DNA from: Octopus vulgaris
Lineage: Eukaryota
Reading direction: 5' to 3'
NCBI GenBank assembly: GCA_951406725.2
Contig: OX597817.1
Location: 147,188,001 to 147,252,000, forward strand
DNA: 64,000 bases
The notes beneath the pieces are model-generated. The model was given only the letters and a program-made list of their open reading frames with translations. It did no database searches and was not told where the DNA came from. Of the stretch, positions 44,923-56,355 are shown piece by piece (positions within the stretch are counted from its first letter, which is position 1; each line of letters starts with the position of its first letter). The translations under genes and the position numbers were made by a program.

Positions 44923-45047
44923 ACATTGAGTGTATTCTACGTGATATGAGTGAATTGTATAGCAGGACATACCTTCTGTGTATGTCGTGCGTAATAATAA
45001 GTGATGAGGGTTTTGCAGATGTATTTAGCTTCATGAAATTTTAGTTT

Positions 45048-45317
45048 TATCTTTTATCCTTTTACTTGTTTCAGTAAATTAGACTCCGGCCATGCTGGGG
45101 TAACACCTTGAAGAATTTTTAGTCGAATGAATCGACCCAGAACTTATTTTTTTAAAGGCTGGAACTTATTCAATGGGACATTCTTTTGCGGACCGCTAAG
45201 TTACGGGGACGTAAACACCAACATTGGTTGTCAAGCAGTGGTCGTAGACAAATACACACACACAGACACAAAGACAAACATATACATAAATAATACACAC
45301 ACACACGCACACACACA

Positions 45318-45388
<71 letters not shown>

Positions 45389-45571
45389 AAACACACAAAC
45401 ACATATATGCGACTGGCTTCTTTCAATTTCCGTCCAACAAATCCATTCACAAGGTTTTGTTCGGCCTGTCGCTACAGTAGAAAGTATTGCCCAATGTGTC
45501 ACGCTGTTGGACTGAATCCAGAACCATGTGGTTGGGAAGCAAGCTTCTTACCCCATAGCCACGCTTGCGCT
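45048..45571 (-). mobile_element. SINE family A with internal (CA)n
   Basis: Reverse complement of 914-1320. Confidence 0.8.
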
Positions 45572-46084
45572 TACAGGTGGAAATTATTAGCGAAACTATT
45601 TGTGTTCTCCATTCCCATATTCAGTTCATTTCTATTTCCAGGTTTTTACATATATCTGCTTTCTTCCCTTTATATCTGTCTCATCTAGAGACACATTATC
45701 GTCTGTTGCAACTGATAATTCATCCGAGGTCCACATTGTTTCCTATTAAACCTTGACCATATCAATACCAAGCTGATTGTTTTCATCTCAGATAATATTC
45801 TGTGTATGAAAACCCCAACCATGCCACTCATGTAGATGCATTTTCTCTTGGATATGACTAGGCATTCAGAGACAATGGAATTAAGTGTGTCTTGTTAACT
45901 TTCACACATTCTGTAGTTACACAAAATATTCTGCTTCACTAAATAATTCTCGAAGTTTCCAAGAGAAAGAGCTTTGATCTTCTATTGATATTAATATCAG
46001 TTTCGGCTTTGCTTCCGCTTTGTGTTCAGCGCCTCTCAGCTAATATGAGTTTTTCCTATCTATTTCGACTGAATCCAGTCTTCC

Positions 46085-46337
46085 TCCGAAAAGCTCTACG
46101 ATGATTTCATCTCAATCGAAGGAGAGGAGGTTTCTCCGTCCGGGTTGCAGATCCGTGGAATAAGCTGCCGGACGAGATAGTGAAGATGCCGACGACCGCT
46201 CGGTTCAAAGTCTCTATTGACCAGAAATGGTCTGAACTCTTTGTATGACCACCCTCCCTCTACTTAACACCCTGTTCCCCTACATGGCCTTGCTTTTGCT
46301 TTTTGAGCCAATAAAAATTGAATTGAATTGAATTGAA
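46085..46337 (+). mobile_element. CR1-group LINE 3' end with (AATTG)n tail
   Basis: RRGGFSVRVADPWNKLPDEIVKMPTTARFKVSIDQKW (the FSxRVxxxWNxLP motif), then AATAAA and (AATTG)4. Confidence 0.8.
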
Positions 46338-47167
46338 CCATTCTTTAGTATGACATTTTGCAAACCCCGTCTTCAGCATCGTGTCTAGTTTTGTGTTACC
46401 ATTTCTGATGTCCTTCCCACCTTTCTCTGAAGGAATGTTTGCTACTTCAGTCTTGCTTTAAGACAGAAAACAGGCTTTGGTACTGTTCAAATTTTGTAGC
46501 TATTTGTATTGGTTTTCCATATCTTCTCACGGTAGATATCTAATGATAATACTCCCACTTCATCTATGTTAAGATTAATCTTTCAGTCAAATATTTAGCT
46601 GGTGCTTTCTAAATGCAGTCATTACTTCGTTATCGTGCCTAGTCCAGCTAAATTATTTGAGCGTTTAATCGAGGATATTATTATTATAATTTATTACTGT
46701 GACAGTAAAATAGTGACACCTTAAACTGATTTTGCATTCAATTGTGTTATAAATATTATTTGAATATGTCTACCACCATCTTTCTTAAGCTTTTCTTTCA
46801 TTTGCTCGTGTCTACCTACTCTATTATGTATCTAACTACTTCATGAATTTCTAAGTATTTGTAAGGCAGTATTTGATGTAATTATGTTCCTAATGTTTCT
46901 CTCTTCCACTTTGCCGAGAGTATTTTTTAAGTGTACGTTTTTTGAATGGACAAAACAGTTTAAAAGTTTCAGATTCTATTGAGCAAATACTACAACGTAT
47001 CAACAAGTTGATATGTTACACTGTTTAATACTATAAAATAGTTGAAAATATTCTTTTTTTATCATAGTAATAGAAATTTTTCAGCAGCCGGAAAATTCCA
47101 TCAAGCTATTTTGAGCTAGGAATATTCAATCAGTAGATTTACTTTCCAATACCTCTAATGAAATACT

Positions 47168-47591
47168 AGGATCTTTTCGGTTTTGAACGGCAGTTTTTTC
47201 TAGCGGTGTCATATGAAATTGTCGCCCATAATTATGACCCTAGTATCGATCTATTGCATTTCAATCTGTTTTAGGGTTAGGGTTAGGGTTAGGGGTGGGG
47301 GAATGGTATTTTTTCTTCAGAAATGTAAATAAACCCAATCTGTTTCTTAAACGTGGGACGTATTCATACGGCACAGAATGTTTTCACCTCAATAGACGTC
47401 ATTGATTGGTTGAAATTGCAGAAATTGAAGAAAAAAACAACAACAAATATCTTACAAACTATAGAATTTTCTCAATAAAGCCAAGAGAAAAAGATGTTTT
47501 ATAAACACATTCTACCAGTATACGAAATTTAAAAGTGTTTAGTCACGTGGAAATTATTAAAAAAAACTGCTGTTCAAACGGAAAATATCCT
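47168..47591. mobile_element. TIR element containing (TTAGGG)4, flanked by a 25-bp direct repeat
   Basis: AGGATCTTTTCGGTTTTGAACGGCAGTTTTTT versus AAAAAACTGCTGTTCAAACGGAAAATATCCT. TTAGGG x4 at 47271-47294. TTACTTTCCAATACCTCTAATGAAA at 47139-47163 and 47591-47615. Confidence 0.75.
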
Positions 47592-48524
47592 TACTTTCCA
47601 ATACCTCTAATGAAACAACATTCTTTAGTGGAACATAAATCTGTAACCCCACTACCTTTAACATTTTAAGCTTACCATTTTGTATTCAGAGATCAAATAT
47701 GCAGCCATTTTTACTTTTACTATTATTAGCTAGAAATATTGTCCAGATATTTTATTACTAAGACATAATCAGTAAGAGCTCAGATTTTTAAATCACTGTA
47801 TTTAAAAATCTCCGACACAATCACAGATATGTCCTGTATTTTTTTAGGAAGAAATAAATATAGAAATGTATAAAAAACAACCGCCATTGAGCCTAAATAG
47901 TTCGAATTAATTATTTAACGTGTAACTGCTATATTTAACAATAAAAAACACAATAGAAAAGGGAGAAAAAATCCCTAAAATTCTGGAAAACTATTTCACG
48001 AAGAAAGCTTTAAAACATCATTTATTTTCACGAAAGGTTCTTATACTTTCAACGTATTAATACCATTTGATCGATTCAAGACGATTTTAGTAATTGTAAA
48101 TGCATGTTCAAATTCGAAACTACAAAAAAGAAGAAAACGAAACAAAAGAAAAAGACAACAAAACAAAACAAAAAAAGACAAAGGAATTAAATACCGATAT
48201 TTTCAGGTTTATTCTACAGTTGATGTAATATTGGAAGCCTGAAGGCAATCGGTTTTGCTGGGCACAAAATACTTGAGCTTATTTTAAAATAGGAAGTTTG
48301 GGGATATTTCTTTATAGAAACACGAAATGTTCTTCATTATCTTCTGCATCTTTTTTCTTATTCTTTTTCTTTTTTCTTTTTTTTTAATTGTTAGTGTCTT
48401 TAGGGAAAACGCTGGTGGCTTCTGTCGAAATATTATAATACAAATAAGCCATCTTATTTTAATACAATACATATTTACAGAAATTAAAGAAACGCAATAT
48501 TGTTATAAAGATCAGAATCTTTCA

Positions 48525-48677
48525 ACAACAGCAACAACATCAATAATAATAACAACAACAACAACAACAACAATAATAATAATAATAATGATAATAATAA
48601 TGATCATAATAATAATAATAATGATCATAATAATAATAATAATGATAATAATAATAATGATAATAATAATAATAATG

Positions 48678-48720
<43 letters not shown>

Positions 48721-48745
48721 TAATAATAATAATAATGATAATATT
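48525..48745. repeat. (AAC)n/(ATA)n microsatellite
   Basis: Directly visible. Confidence 0.95.
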
Positions 48746-49572
48746 GGTAATATTTAAAAAAGAAGCAGAAGAAAAAACAAGTACAGCAATCATTTCATGT
48801 GAATAAAGAAAACAATTCTTATGTCTTTAAACAGCAACTCGTTTACTTAACAATGTTTCATGCAATCTTTTTTCCCTATTTCCCATCTTTCATTGTCATT
48901 CGTGGTTCGATACGTGTCGACTCAATGCTGTAAACGTTGTCTTACAAAATTGTCTTCTAGAAATCTTCGGCTTTTGTGTACAATTTTAAATTTAGTGAAT
49001 CAAACGAATCTCTTGTTCGTACATTTTTTCCCCGGTGTGTTTTAGATAATCTATTATATTCGAAAATAATTATATATTTCTAGCGTCAATCACAATTTCA
49101 AATGTTTAGATTTTCTGCGGATTGCATTGAAAGGAGAAATAAGATTTTGAATAGTGATAAAAGAAATACAACAGATATAAGAGAAAATAAAATAAAATAA
49201 AATAATACAAAGCAAATATAAATTGATTTCGTGGTTAAGGAGTTCGCTTCCTTAGCCTGTGGTTTGGGTTTCATTTTTACTGCACGGCTTTTTGGGCAAG
49301 TGTTTTATACTCTGACTCTGGACTGTTCATTGATCTCTGAATGAATTTGGTTGATATATTTGTATGGCCCTTAAGTTGGTTTACTTATATTATATTACAA
49401 TATACCTTGCTACTGTGGGGTTTAGGTTTCTTGCTGACAGGTCTTTGATATTAAGCAAAATATCAATCAATTACAGAATACAAATTAATGACTTCAATTA
49501 TATGAAGCCACGTGAATTGATGCGCATATAATAGATTGGTTTCTTGTATCTTTGGAATTGGTCAAGTGATGT

Positions 49573-49620
49573 AGCCAACTCTGATGAGACCGCAATAACG
49601 GACGAAAATCTATTGTGGCT
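49573..49620 (+). ncRNA. Hammerhead-like motif, canonical core with imperfect stems
   Basis: AGCCAACT-CTGATGA-GACCG(CAATAA)CGGAC-GAAA-ATCTATTGTGGCT. Confidence 0.45.
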
Positions 49621-49691
49621 CTTCAGAACTTCTTTCAATCTCACGAAGAAATTCTTAAATTTGACATGTTGTTTGTATGGTTTCTACGCAA

Positions 49692-49780
<89 letters not shown>

Positions 49781-49809
49781 CATACATACATACATACATA
49801 CATACATAC

Positions 49810-49859
<50 letters not shown>

Positions 49860-50021
49860 GTGTGTGTGATTGTGTATAGAAGAATATATTAATAAAAAGA
49901 ATTCCAACCTTGTCTGATTTTCACGTTTTATTTACAATCTTATAATGATATATTATAAGATAATATATTATAATTGAATAAAATAAAATGAAATAGTAGA
50001 ATGTTAAATATTCATTCTGAT

Positions 50022-50066
50022 TGAACTAGTACTTTCATGCATTGAATTCTGCAATCTTCGGGTTCA
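50022..50066 (-). ncRNA. Hammerhead motif in the PLE 3' region (pLTR), sense to RT
   Basis: Reverse complement reads TGAAC-CCGAAGA-T-TGCA(GAATTCAA)TGCA-T-GAAA-GTAC-TA-GTTCA. Five-pair stem I, palindromic minimal stem III, U4C core variant. Confidence 0.75.
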
Positions 50067-50129
50067 TGTAGTAGTGTTGACAGTCATGCTTCACAATTTT
50101 TGACTGTAGCAAGATGAGTGATTCTGTGC

Positions 50130-50243
50130 TATAAATACAGCTGGGTAGGCTCCAGAGTGCTAGGTTTTGCAAACTGTATTCTGACCAATCAGTGTGTAGT
50201 ATCACTCAATTACTTAAGCTGATTGGTTGGTTGAGCTGATTGG
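50130..50243 (-). promoter_or_regulatory. Putative pLTR promoter: three CCAAT boxes and a TATA-like box
   Basis: CCAATCAG motifs at 50185 (plus) and at 50222 and 50239 (minus). TATTTATA (minus) at 50130-50137, ~65 nt upstream of the HHR. Confidence 0.45.
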
Positions 50244-50560
50244 TTTAGGCATCACGCTTTGTTGGACAGGTCAAGAGTCCTGTATCTTGACCCTGGCCGA
50301 AGCAGCAATTGTTGGGTTATTTTTAGAAATGTTGTAAATATCCTTTGTCAGAGATTTTTATATTTTTATATTTCAATTGTCATCATCATCATTGTCAGCA
50401 CCTTAATTATTGTTGCTAGTGGTGATGGTGGTGGCAATAGAACTTTTAACCCTAAATAAGATAATTTTCCTGCTATCTTCGTCTTGATCACCTTTAGTAT
50501 TGTTGTTGTTGTTAGTGGTCATGGTCGTAGCAGTGGAAGTAATACCTCTAAGTATTATTA

Positions 50561-52888
50561 TTATTGCTTATTTAGCTTGGGTTCGAATTTATCAATAAAA
50601 TTCTTTTCTCTGATTTTCCTCTCGATTTCACTTGGGCTGTGTAATTTGTAGAATGGAAATATTATATATATTTTCCGACCACATGTTGCTAGGTGGTTAC
50701 TCAAAGGTATCTGACGGACCTCTGGGTCTCTAATCTGTTGCCGGTGTACACGTGAGCGTTCTAATAGTGCGTTTCCCGTCTGACCTACATATATTTCTTC
50801 ACAATTTGGGCATTTGATGCAGTAAATTAAATTTCTGCTTTTGCAGTTCATATTCGCGTTTGTGAATATTTTCCCGGTTTTTGTGTTTATATATTGACCG
50901 GTATGTATGAATTGGCATGTGCCACATCGGCTATCATTGCATTTAGATACCGTGAATGTTTGGTCTTTGTTGCTGAGGTCAAATTTTGCCTTTGTTAGTA
51001 ATGTTTTCAAGTTTTTAGGCTGTCTTTTACTAAGCACCATAGCTCGATCCTTGATTATGTCTTTTAATTCATTACTTTGGGCAATGATTGGTAGGTTTGC
51101 TTTGGCAATGTTGAAGATATTCTGGTGACATGGGTTGTGTGTCACTATGAATGGTATGACTTGTTCTTGTTTTCCTCTTCCTTGGGTTGTCCTAAGTTGT
51201 TGTATAGGTATTTTTATAGCCCGCTGTATGCCATTTTCTATAAGTAGAGATGGGTATTTTTGTTTGAGCAAAAATTCTCTTAGTTCTATTAGGCGTTTGT
51301 TCCTGATATTTGCATCTTCTACAATAGTACAAATTCTTCTGGCTAGGCAGTATGGGATGTTACGTTTTGTATGTGGTGGATGGCACGACTTAAAATTTAG
51401 GTATTGATGTGTGTCTGTGTGTTTATAGTATATATCTGTGGTGATGGTGGTGTCTTTTTTAATTACCATTATATCCAGGAATGGTAATTTGGTACTACTC
51501 ATCTCCTTTGTAAATTTGAGAGATGGGTGTAGGTTGTTCAGGAGGATATTGAACTCTTCCAGAGTATTTAGAGATTCTGTCCAGATTATGAAACAGTCGT
51601 CTAGGTATCTCTTCCATGCCTTTTCAATATACTTTCTAAATCCAGTGCCATAGTTTACCTCCACCTCTTGGTAGAGTTGTTCTTCTAAGTATCCCATTAC
51701 AGAGTTGGCGTAAACGGGAGCAAACCTCGTTCCCATCGCCGTGCCTCTAATTTGGATGTAATTCTTTCCATTGAAGAAGAATGTGTTATTTTCTAGAATA
51801 AGTTTGACTGTGTCTAATATAAATGGCACTGTGAATTTGCTGGGAATCACTTCTCTATGTTTTTCTAACCAGTATTTAATCGCCTTTATTCCTAAATCGT
51901 GTGGAATATTGGTGTAGAGGCTTACCACATCAAAACTTAGTAAAACTGAATTTGTTTCTGTTGTTTTGGGAAGATGGGACAGGAAGTCGATGTCATCCCT
52001 GATGAAACTTGGTATGTAAGTACATAGTGGTTTCAAAACAATGTCAATAAAATTGCTTAGACGGTGTGTAGGGCATGCTGGACCAGCTATAATAGGTCTA
52101 AGTTTTAGGTCTTTTGGATGTAATAATTTTATGTACTCACTTTCTTGTTCTTTTACTGCCTGTTGAATGTTTTTTGATTTGTGTATTTTTGGTAAGCCGT
52201 AGAAGTTGCTGGGTTTTGGTTCAAAATTGGTGATGTAGTCTTTTTCATTATCCGTAAGTGAGTTGTGGTGTGTTGAAATCAGGTTGTTGATCTTTTTCAT
52301 GATGTGGTGGTCTATATTTGCGGGTATTTCACAATAGAAGGTTGTATCCTTCAGTTGGTCTTCAACCAAATCCTTATAGTATTCGGTATCCATAATAACA
52401 ATTGCACCACCTTTATCTGCTTGTTTAATTATTATTGTTTGATCGTTTTGTATACGTTTACATGCAGACATCTCTGATTTGCTAATGTTTGGCCTAACAT
52501 TGGTATTGCGTCTAAGGGGAAATTTAGACAGGATATCAATGTATTGGTCAAGGTAGTTATTTCTTCCTTTTGGTGGGGTGAAATTTGATTTATTCCTTAC
52601 TAGGGATTCATCAATCTCATTACTTTTGTTAGCGAAGAATTCTACAAGTCGTAATTTTCGACAGAATTTTTGGATATCCTCCTTTAATTCTTGGTGGTTG
52701 GCTGTTGGTGTAGGTGTGAATTTCAGTCCTTTTGACAGAAGTTGGATTTCATCATTGTCAAGATCTCTTTTTGATAAATTAATTATTTTAGGATCTATAC
52801 GTTCAGTTGTTTGGGGTATGTTTCCTCTTGGATTTTTTCTTTCTCCGGTGTTTGTTGTCCTGACGTAAAAAAATGGATTTTTTTCTGG
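50561..52888 (-). CDS. PLE reverse transcriptase / GIY-YIG endonuclease (frame open to 52888; first ATG at 52471)
   Basis: INLS..LSKGLKFTPTP upstream of the annotated Met, then KQADKGGAIVIMD, FYGLPKIHK, LRPIIA, FDVVSLYTNIP, GTAMG, RYLDD, LPFLDI, Cys linker CNDSRCGTC and NLIYCIKCPNCEEIYVGQT...RE. No internal stops. Confidence 0.95.
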   Translation of the reverse strand, partial: PEKNPFFYVRTTNTGERKNPRGNIPQTTERIDPKIINLSKRDLDNDEIQLLSKGLKFTPTPTANHQELKEDIQKFCRKLRLVEFFANKSNEIDESLVRNKSNFTPPKGRNNYLDQYIDILSKFPLRRNTNVRPNISKSEMSACKRIQNDQTIIIKQADKGGAIVIMDTEYYKDLVEDQLKDTTFYCEIPANIDHHIMKKINNLISTHHNSLTDNEKDYITNFEPKPSNFYGLPKIHKSKNIQQAVKEQESEYIKLLHPKDLKLRPIIAGPACPTHRLSNFIDIVLKPLCTYIPSFIRDDIDFLSHLPKTTETNSVLLSFDVVSLYTNIPHDLGIKAIKYWLEKHREVIPSKFTVPFILDTVKLILENNTFFFNGKNYIQIRGTAMGTRFAPVYANSVMGYLEEQLYQEVEVNYGTGFRKYIEKAWKRYLDDCFIIWTESLNTLEEFNILLNNLHPSLKFTKEMSSTKLPFLDIMVIKKDTTITTDIYYKHTDTHQYLNFKSCHPPHTKRNIPYCLARRICTIVEDANIRNKRLIELREFLLKQKYPSLLIENGIQRAIKIPIQQLRTTQGRGKQEQVIPFIVTHNPCHQNIFNIAKANLPIIAQSNELKDIIKDRAMVLSKRQPKNLKTLLTKAKFDLSNKDQTFTVSKCNDSRCGTCQFIHTGQYINTKTGKIFTNANMNCKSRNLIYCIKCPNCEEIYVGQTGNALLERSRVHRQQIRDPEVRQIPLSNHLATCGRKIYIIFPFYKLHSPSEIERKIREKNFIDKFEPKLNKQ

Positions 52889-53772
52889 TTATGATTTATA
52901 TTCCTGTTGATGTTTGCTTGATGAATTTTGCGTTTTGGTTGTGGTACTTTACTTGGTTTCGTTATGTTTTCTGTCTTGTTTTTGGTATTATGTATGCTAC
53001 TTTTCAATTTCTTGTTAGCATTGTTTTTAACCACCTGGAGAAATGATCTGGGTTTACTTCTAGATCTAGATCGGTTTTTTGTCCAGTTTCTTGTGGGTAA
53101 TCTCTGTTGAGGTCTTGAAAATGATCTCCTGTTATTTCTACTGCTAATGGTCTGTTCAAAACAATATCTATTTTGTTTGTGCTTTTTGTTCATGTTGTGT
53201 GCATTAGGGTGTTTGCATACAAAATGGGAAGAGTTCTTACCGTAGTTCGTCTTCGATTCGTGGTGAAACGGTTGTTCATGTTGCCACGTGTTCTGGTGTA
53301 TGTTGCGTTGGTGAGGTTGTCCACTTTTAATGCTATTTCTCGGAGTTCTGGTGTCTTTACCGTAATTTGTAGCATATTTGTCGAGAAATAATTGTTTCCG
53401 CTGCCAAAACTTTCTTGATCTGCTTTCTTCTTTTGAGATATCTCTGATCCATAGTTCTCGCATTTTTTCTGCTATATTGCCGGTCGTTAGTTTGGATATT
53501 TCATCTCTGATTTGATCATCGATAGCTTCGTATTTGGCTTTGTAGCGGGATTGTTTAGACAGGGTAATGGAGATGTCGGTCCTGAATTTTATCAAACTAA
53601 GGTCCCATCGAAGTTTAGTTTCTTCCTCTGGTTCTCCTGCAATTTCTTTAATTAGGTACTTCCGAGGAAGTATGGGTGCCGCTAAAGATATCCATTTCGA
53701 ATGTATTTCAGCATATTTTTCGCATTTATATGCCTTCCAGAAGTTTTGTTTTCTTATGTTAAGGAGTTTTTT
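52795..53772 (-). CDS. PLE upstream ORF / N-terminal region (helical segment then basic low-complexity segment), 5'-truncated
   Basis: About 325 stop-free non-repetitive codons that overlap the RT frame by ~94 nt. The track's start at 53820 lies beyond a (TA)n run in a different cassette. Confidence 0.75.
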   Translation of the reverse strand, partial: KKLLNIRKQNFWKAYKCEKYAEIHSKWISLAAPILPRKYLIKEIAGEPEEETKLRWDLSLIKFRTDISITLSKQSRYKAKYEAIDDQIRDEISKLTTGNIAEKMRELWIRDISKEESRSRKFWQRKQLFLDKYATNYGKDTRTPRNSIKSGQPHQRNIHQNTWQHEQPFHHESKTNYGKNSSHFVCKHPNAHNMNKKHKQNRYCFEQTISSRNNRRSFSRPQQRLPTRNWTKNRSRSRSKPRSFLQVVKNNANKKLKSSIHNTKNKTENITKPSKVPQPKRKIHQANINRNINHNQKKIHFFTSGQQTPEKEKIQEETYPKQLNV

Positions 53773-53787
53773 ATATATATATATATA

Positions 53788-53998
53788 TCGCCATGTTGAT
53801 TCGTTAGCTACTGCACGCATTTTTTTTCTCTCCTTCTTTCTGTGCTTTTTTTCTCTCTGTGTATCTTTCTGTTGAAGAGCGTAGGCTCGAAACGTTAAAG
53901 ACTTGTTTTATTTATATTTCCTGAGCGCCATACTAATACAATTGTTCGTTTGTTTTCCACCTGCCTTCGTCTTTTGTTTATTTTCATAAAGCTTCCCG

Positions 53999-54000
<2 letters not shown>
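53788..54000 (+). mobile_element. ~210-bp non-coding cassette with a minimal hammerhead-like motif, between (TA)n tracts
   Basis: 53864-53901 reads TCTTT-CTGTTGA-A-GAGC(GTAG)GCTC-GAAA-CG-TT-AAAGA. Related copies at 17840, 21190, 28233 and 57768. Confidence 0.7.
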
Positions 54001-54062
<62 letters not shown>

Positions 54063-54457
54063 ACTTGTGTATATGGGTATATATATATATATATATATGC
54101 ATATACATGTATGCATATAGGTGTATTTAGTGTATATGTATATCAAAATGGTGTGTTATAATACTATTCTACATATACAAAAACAGCCATACCAACAATC
54201 CAAAGTACCTCCATCATCAGCTCCCCCACGGATATCATTATGCATTCGACACCTGGGCTGTACCATTCAGTGCAGCGGTGTTAACAGCACTAAAATAATA
54301 GCTGTTTGACGACAAACATACCAAAGAAACCACATCTTTCAAACACATTTATACTATGTACTACAGCATCAGTAAATAAATTCAATAAGCAAATTACAAC
54401 CAACTCCAAAATACGTAAATAAACAGTGACCAATCCATTGAGTCATATATATATAAT

Positions 54458-54545
<88 letters not shown>

Positions 54546-54549
54546 TATG

Positions 54550-55105
<556 letters not shown>

Positions 55106-55140
55106 AAGAACGCCTGTGCTCATGAATAAATCGTGCTTGA

Positions 55141-55287
<147 letters not shown>

Positions 55288-55924
55288 AGAGGAGAGAGGA
55301 GAGAGAGAGACCAAACTATTGAAAAGGTTGCAAGACGCAACGAAAATTATAGAAAAATAAAAAGATATAAGTGGAAATTTTACCGGTGAGTGTTAAATTA
55401 TAAGACACCAAAAGAGAATGACTCTCCCCAGACACAACAGAATATGTTTCAACACACGAACTCACATAAAGAACCTTGCAAACCAAATCCAAAAACGAAA
55501 TACACGCACACACACACACACACACGCACACACACACACATACACTCACACACACACCCACACACACACACACACGCGCGCACACACACACATATAAAGC
55601 ACGATTTATTTGCTACCAGAGTTGTCCGAAAACCAAGGTGCTACTGTATACCTTATAGAACCGAGGGTATAAATTATTTAACAGAAATATTATATCCCAT
55701 TTGTATATGTGTCTATGTTCACCTTGGCTATTGGGAATAGTTTGTTCGAAGATAATTATGGATAAGACCGATCAGGAAATACCCGGAAATTAAACGAATC
55801 GAAGAACGTCATCGATATGGTGGGATTGGTTGGGTGGGGTGTAGGAGGTTGGTATTGGTAAACAATTCATACATCATTAATGTGAATTAATTTGCAGCTT
55901 GTTATATTGGTGAAGTAGCAAATC

Positions 55925-56355
55925 AGAAGAGGAGGGGATGAGGAGAAAAAAGGGGAGAAAAGGAAAGAGGGAAAAGGAAGAGGATGAAGGAGAATGGAGA
56001 AAAGGAGAGGAGGAAGAAAAAGAAGAGGAAGAGGAGGAAGGGGAGGAAATGGAAGCGAAAGATGAGAGGGAAAGAGGGAGAGAAATAGACGGAAGATGGT
56101 GAGAGGAGTAGGAGGAAGAGGGCAGATAGGAAGAGAGGATGAGGTGGAGGGAGAAGAGAAGATAGAGATGAAGGAGGGAGAGAAGAAGGAAGAGATAAAA
56201 AGAGAAGGGGGAATGGAAGGAGAAAGTGGAGGGAGTGAAAGAAAAAGAAAAGGAGGAGGGGAGGAGGAAAGAAAGAAGGAAGTGGAGCGTGAGGCAGGGA
56301 CCGAAGAGGAAGCGGAGATGAAAGGGGGAAGATGTGGAAGAAGCAGGAGGGGAGG
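55925..56355. repeat. Polypurine (GA-rich) low-complexity tract
   Basis: About 430 nt of almost exclusively G/A. Confidence 0.9.

Larger units (their letters stand above)
49870..53772 (-). mobile_element. Penelope-like retroelement (Neptune/Naiad-type architecture), 5'-truncated, bounded by TA-rich microsatellites
   Basis: RT + GIY-YIG ORF, an upstream basic ORF and a 3' non-coding region with a hammerhead fold. Microsatellites at 49693-49870 and 53772-53788. Confidence 0.92.

Noticed and set aside
47271-47294. Chromosome end or fusion site
   Set aside because: Only four TTAGGG units, internal to a TIR element.
50561-52888. Selenoprotein-type (Naiad) recoding
   Set aside because: No in-frame TGA in the ORF and no convincing SECIS seen in the 3' region.
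53773-53820. ATG start of the 341-aa ORF
   Set aside because: It lies across a (TA)n run in a separate, oppositely oriented cassette; the true N-terminus is missing.
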